This document shows positions 18,321-20,598 of a stretch of DNA of 20,598 nucleotides, one piece after another. Made by a program: the position numbers and the translations under genes. Below the pieces are notes generated by a model. That model made no database searches and was not told the DNA's origin. It saw nothing but the letters and a program-made list of their open reading frames with translations. The stretch is taken from NCBI GenBank assembly GCA_001724265.1, contig MEDY01000107.1:62001-82598 (forward strand), given 5' to 3'. The stretch comes from Rhizaria sp. SCN 62-66 (taxonomy: Eukaryota). Within the stretch, counting starts at the first letter, position 1. Every line of letters begins with the position of its first letter.

Positions 18321-19593
18321 TTACGCGGACTTGCCGGCCTTGCCCGCGGGCGGCGCGTTGGCCTCCATGACGCGCTTGCGCGCGGCGGCGGCGTCAACGG
18401 GGTAGAGCGTGCGCAGCGTGGCGATGGCGTTGGCGGGGCCCACGCGGCTGCCGGCCTCAGTGGGCCGCGGCAGCATAGCGACAACCGCGGCGGCGTCGGG
18501 CAGGTCGATGCGCCAGAGCCCAAGCGAGTAGCAAACGCGGATGACGACGAGGTCGCGCCCCATCGACAGCGACGCGTCCATGAGGTTCATCTTGGAGCCG
18601 TCGATCTCGGCCCAGTTAATCGCGACTTCGGCGACAGGGATGGCGAGCTGCGAAGCCAGGTACAGCAGCTCGACGTCAAAGCACCAACGCGTGAGCCGCT
18701 GGTTGATGAAGAGCACGAGCGCGGTCTTGCGCGTGAAGAGCTTGAACCCGCACTGCGTGTCGCGCACACTGTGGATGCCCGAGAGCAGGCGAACGAGGAA
18801 GTGGAAGCCGGACATGAGCACGTTGCGGTACCACTTGCGCTCCGCCACGGCGTCCTCCTGCAGGTGTGCGCGCGAGCCAATGGCGATGCCGAGCCCGTTC
18901 TTCTCGACGCGCGTGAGCTCCTTCTCCAGCCGGGACAGGTGCGAGAAGTCAGACGCGCCGTCGGCGTCAGCGAAGAGGATGCGGGCGCCGCGCGCGTGCA
19001 GCACGCCCTGCTGCACCGCACCGCCCTTACCAACGTTGTAGGGCATCTTGAGCAGGCGCACATTCTCGGCCGAGTAACCCTTGACGAAGTCGAGCACGGT
19101 GGCGCACGTGGCGTCCGAGGAGCCGTCGTCGACGACGATGACTTCGTACGTGAAGGTCGGGTCGTTTGCGTTGCGCTCCTGCAGCGCCGTCAGCGTCTCA
19201 ATGAGCATGGGCGGCAGGCGCAGCGCCTCGTTGTATGCGGGGACAATGACGGAGAGAGAAACCTTGGGGGCGTCATAGATGGACGGGAAAGCGAAGTGGG
19301 CGGTGGCGCCAGACTTGCTCGCAGCAGCAGGGTCGGGGAAGAAGTGCTCGAAGGATAACGGGTGGCGGTTCTTGAACGAGGCAATGATAGGTTGAGCGAA
19401 CCACCAAAGTCCGTAGAACTATCAAGGAGACAATCCGGTGGGGTGAATGTGGATCATTGCGAGGTGAGCGATACTGAAATAAAGGGGCATGAAAACAACG
19501 GCGAAGGACCGCATGCGGAGGCAGAAAAGGAGGGATACACGGGGATCGACGTACGATAATGCAAGAGACAGAAAAGACAAGCCACCAGACCAT
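18321..19593 (-). CDS. ALG5: Dolichyl-phosphate beta-glucosyltransferase (GT2 family), two exons: 19593-19555 and 19418-18321, 378 aa
   Basis: Motifs LSVIVPAYNEALRL, YEVIVVDDGSSD, NVGKGGAV, ILFADADGA, AIGSRAHL, DTQCGFKLF, RWCFDVELL and NWAEIDGSK are ALG5-type. The frame stays open 70 codons upstream of the track's start at 19208. Splicing gives the expected N-terminal membrane anchor MVWWLVFSVSCII|FYGLWWFAQPII. Ends in TAA. Confidence 0.93.
19419..19554 (-). other. Phase-0 spliceosomal intron of ALG5 (136 nt)
   Basis: On the minus strand: donor GTACGT at 19554, pyrimidine-rich body, branch-like CGCTCAC (19470-19464) and acceptor tctccttgaTAG at 19419. Removing it joins the two exons in frame. 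Confidence 0.88.
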
Positions 19594-20598
19594 CTTGTTC
19601 CGCTATAAAAGATATGTTACATTTGTGTGAAAATCGTTCGTGAGACGTGAAAGGGGGTAACAGAGGCGATGAGTGAGGATGGCTGACAGAGCATTCGAAG
19701 GTCAAACCGGGAGAGGCGCGGTAGACTGTCCCTTTGACCAGAGTCAGTTAATTTTAGATATATTCGTGAAAAGCACCTATTCTATATGCAACACCTTATA
19801 CTATGTCTGTTTGACGGATGTGCGTGAGATTTTGCGTGTTACAAAGGAACCCAACTCCCCGACAAGCTGTGGCCAACAGTCTCTTCGCAAATGGGGCATG
19901 TGATACATTGAATATATATCTTCATGACCGTGACATCATTGCTTCTGACATCATGTGCATCCGAAGTCGCAACGTTTGTTGTTTATTCACTTTGATTGGT
20001 GATGATGAATGTACAATGAAGTATGTCTCTGTGTTATATAAATAAAGCGAGACAATACTGTCACCATTGGTCAGGTGCTGACCGCCACGATCACTGTCAC
20101 GCAACCAATGAGATGTGTGACTCTTGTTCTACCTAGCACGGCTGTGATGGTTAATGGAGGCGCCTGCGTTTTTTTTTGGTGCAGCATCCCTTGATAGTGC
20201 ATGTTTGTGATACCCACATCATAGTCGATTGTAAATGACTTAAACCCACAAAGGTGACTGTGTCACTACCAGTCTTGTGAAAAAACGGCCAACCGGGAGT
20301 AAGAAAAATCGCAAACAGCCACAAACAGACCAATAGATATGATACATGCTAATTAGATATGTCACACAGTTCCACCATGCTTTGGAGACGAACCAGCATG
20401 TCGAGTTATCTTTCCTGCCTTCATCACGGTTTCAGTGACTTGTCAGTTGTTATCATGGCATTTTGTCACTCAGTGTCGACAAGATTTCTCGATCACCACC
20501 TGTTACGCACGAAATTTTACATAAAGGGACTCTCTCACAGGAAATCCACAGAGAAACGGCACCCAACGACCTCCTAAGCTCCCTTTATCAGGGTGGTG

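Noticed and set aside
18270-19358. 362-aa + strand ORF
   Set aside because: Antisense shadow of ALG5, which carries all the conserved motifs.
19419-19424. In-frame TAG upstream of ALG5 exon 2 as second evidence for UAG recoding
   Set aside because: It is directly preceded by an in-frame TGA and is fully explained as the splice acceptor of the 136-nt intron.
19273-19593. 106-aa minus-strand ORF beginning MVWWLVF
   Set aside because: Only the first 13 codons are credible (ALG5 exon 1); the rest reads through the intron into the wrong frame.
19997-20087. Box C/D snoRNA-like pattern (ATGATGA at 20002-20008, CTGA at 20078-20081)
   Set aside because: Terminal stem is weak, I recognise no rRNA guide complementarity, and such short boxes are common by chance; a snoscan/Infernal hit would be needed.
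19620-20598. Short ORFs (60-83 aa) upstream of ALG5
   Set aside because: AT-rich, lacking the GC3 bias of the real genes, and no motifs; likely promoter or intergenic DNA.
1-20598. Prokaryotic or mobile systems (CRISPR array, transposase, integrase, viral genes, rRNA/tRNA)
   Set aside because: No repeat-spacer arrays, terminal repeats, catalytic motifs or recognisable structural RNA sequence seen; introns and ALG5 indicate a eukaryotic nuclear locus.

Overview
Eukaryotic (probably protist) genomic DNA with very GC-rich, Ala-rich coding sequence separated by AT-rich spacers. It contains: (1) the 3' part of an unidentified Ala/Pro-rich gene (1-1482, +); (2) a giant + strand reading frame, 1957-17742, that starts with an HPD-type J-domain and is interrupted once, by an in-frame TAG at 6331-6333; and (3) a convergent two-exon ALG5 (dolichyl-phosphate beta-glucosyltransferase) gene on the - strand, whose first exon and 136-nt GT-AG intron can be rebuilt from the sequence. 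The ORF track splits (2) into 1458-aa and 3758-aa ORFs, but they are in the same frame and joined by 44 open codons, giving 5261 aa if TAG is decoded. The other three gene ends use TAA. The TAG could reflect programmed readthrough, UAG reassignment, A-to-I editing, a 63-nt in-frame intron ending at that TAG, or a mutation/sequencing error. Both halves share a collinear acidic, SUMO-interacting-motif-like module, and the downstream half has weak TAF1-like motifs. All homology calls were made by eye; no searches were run.
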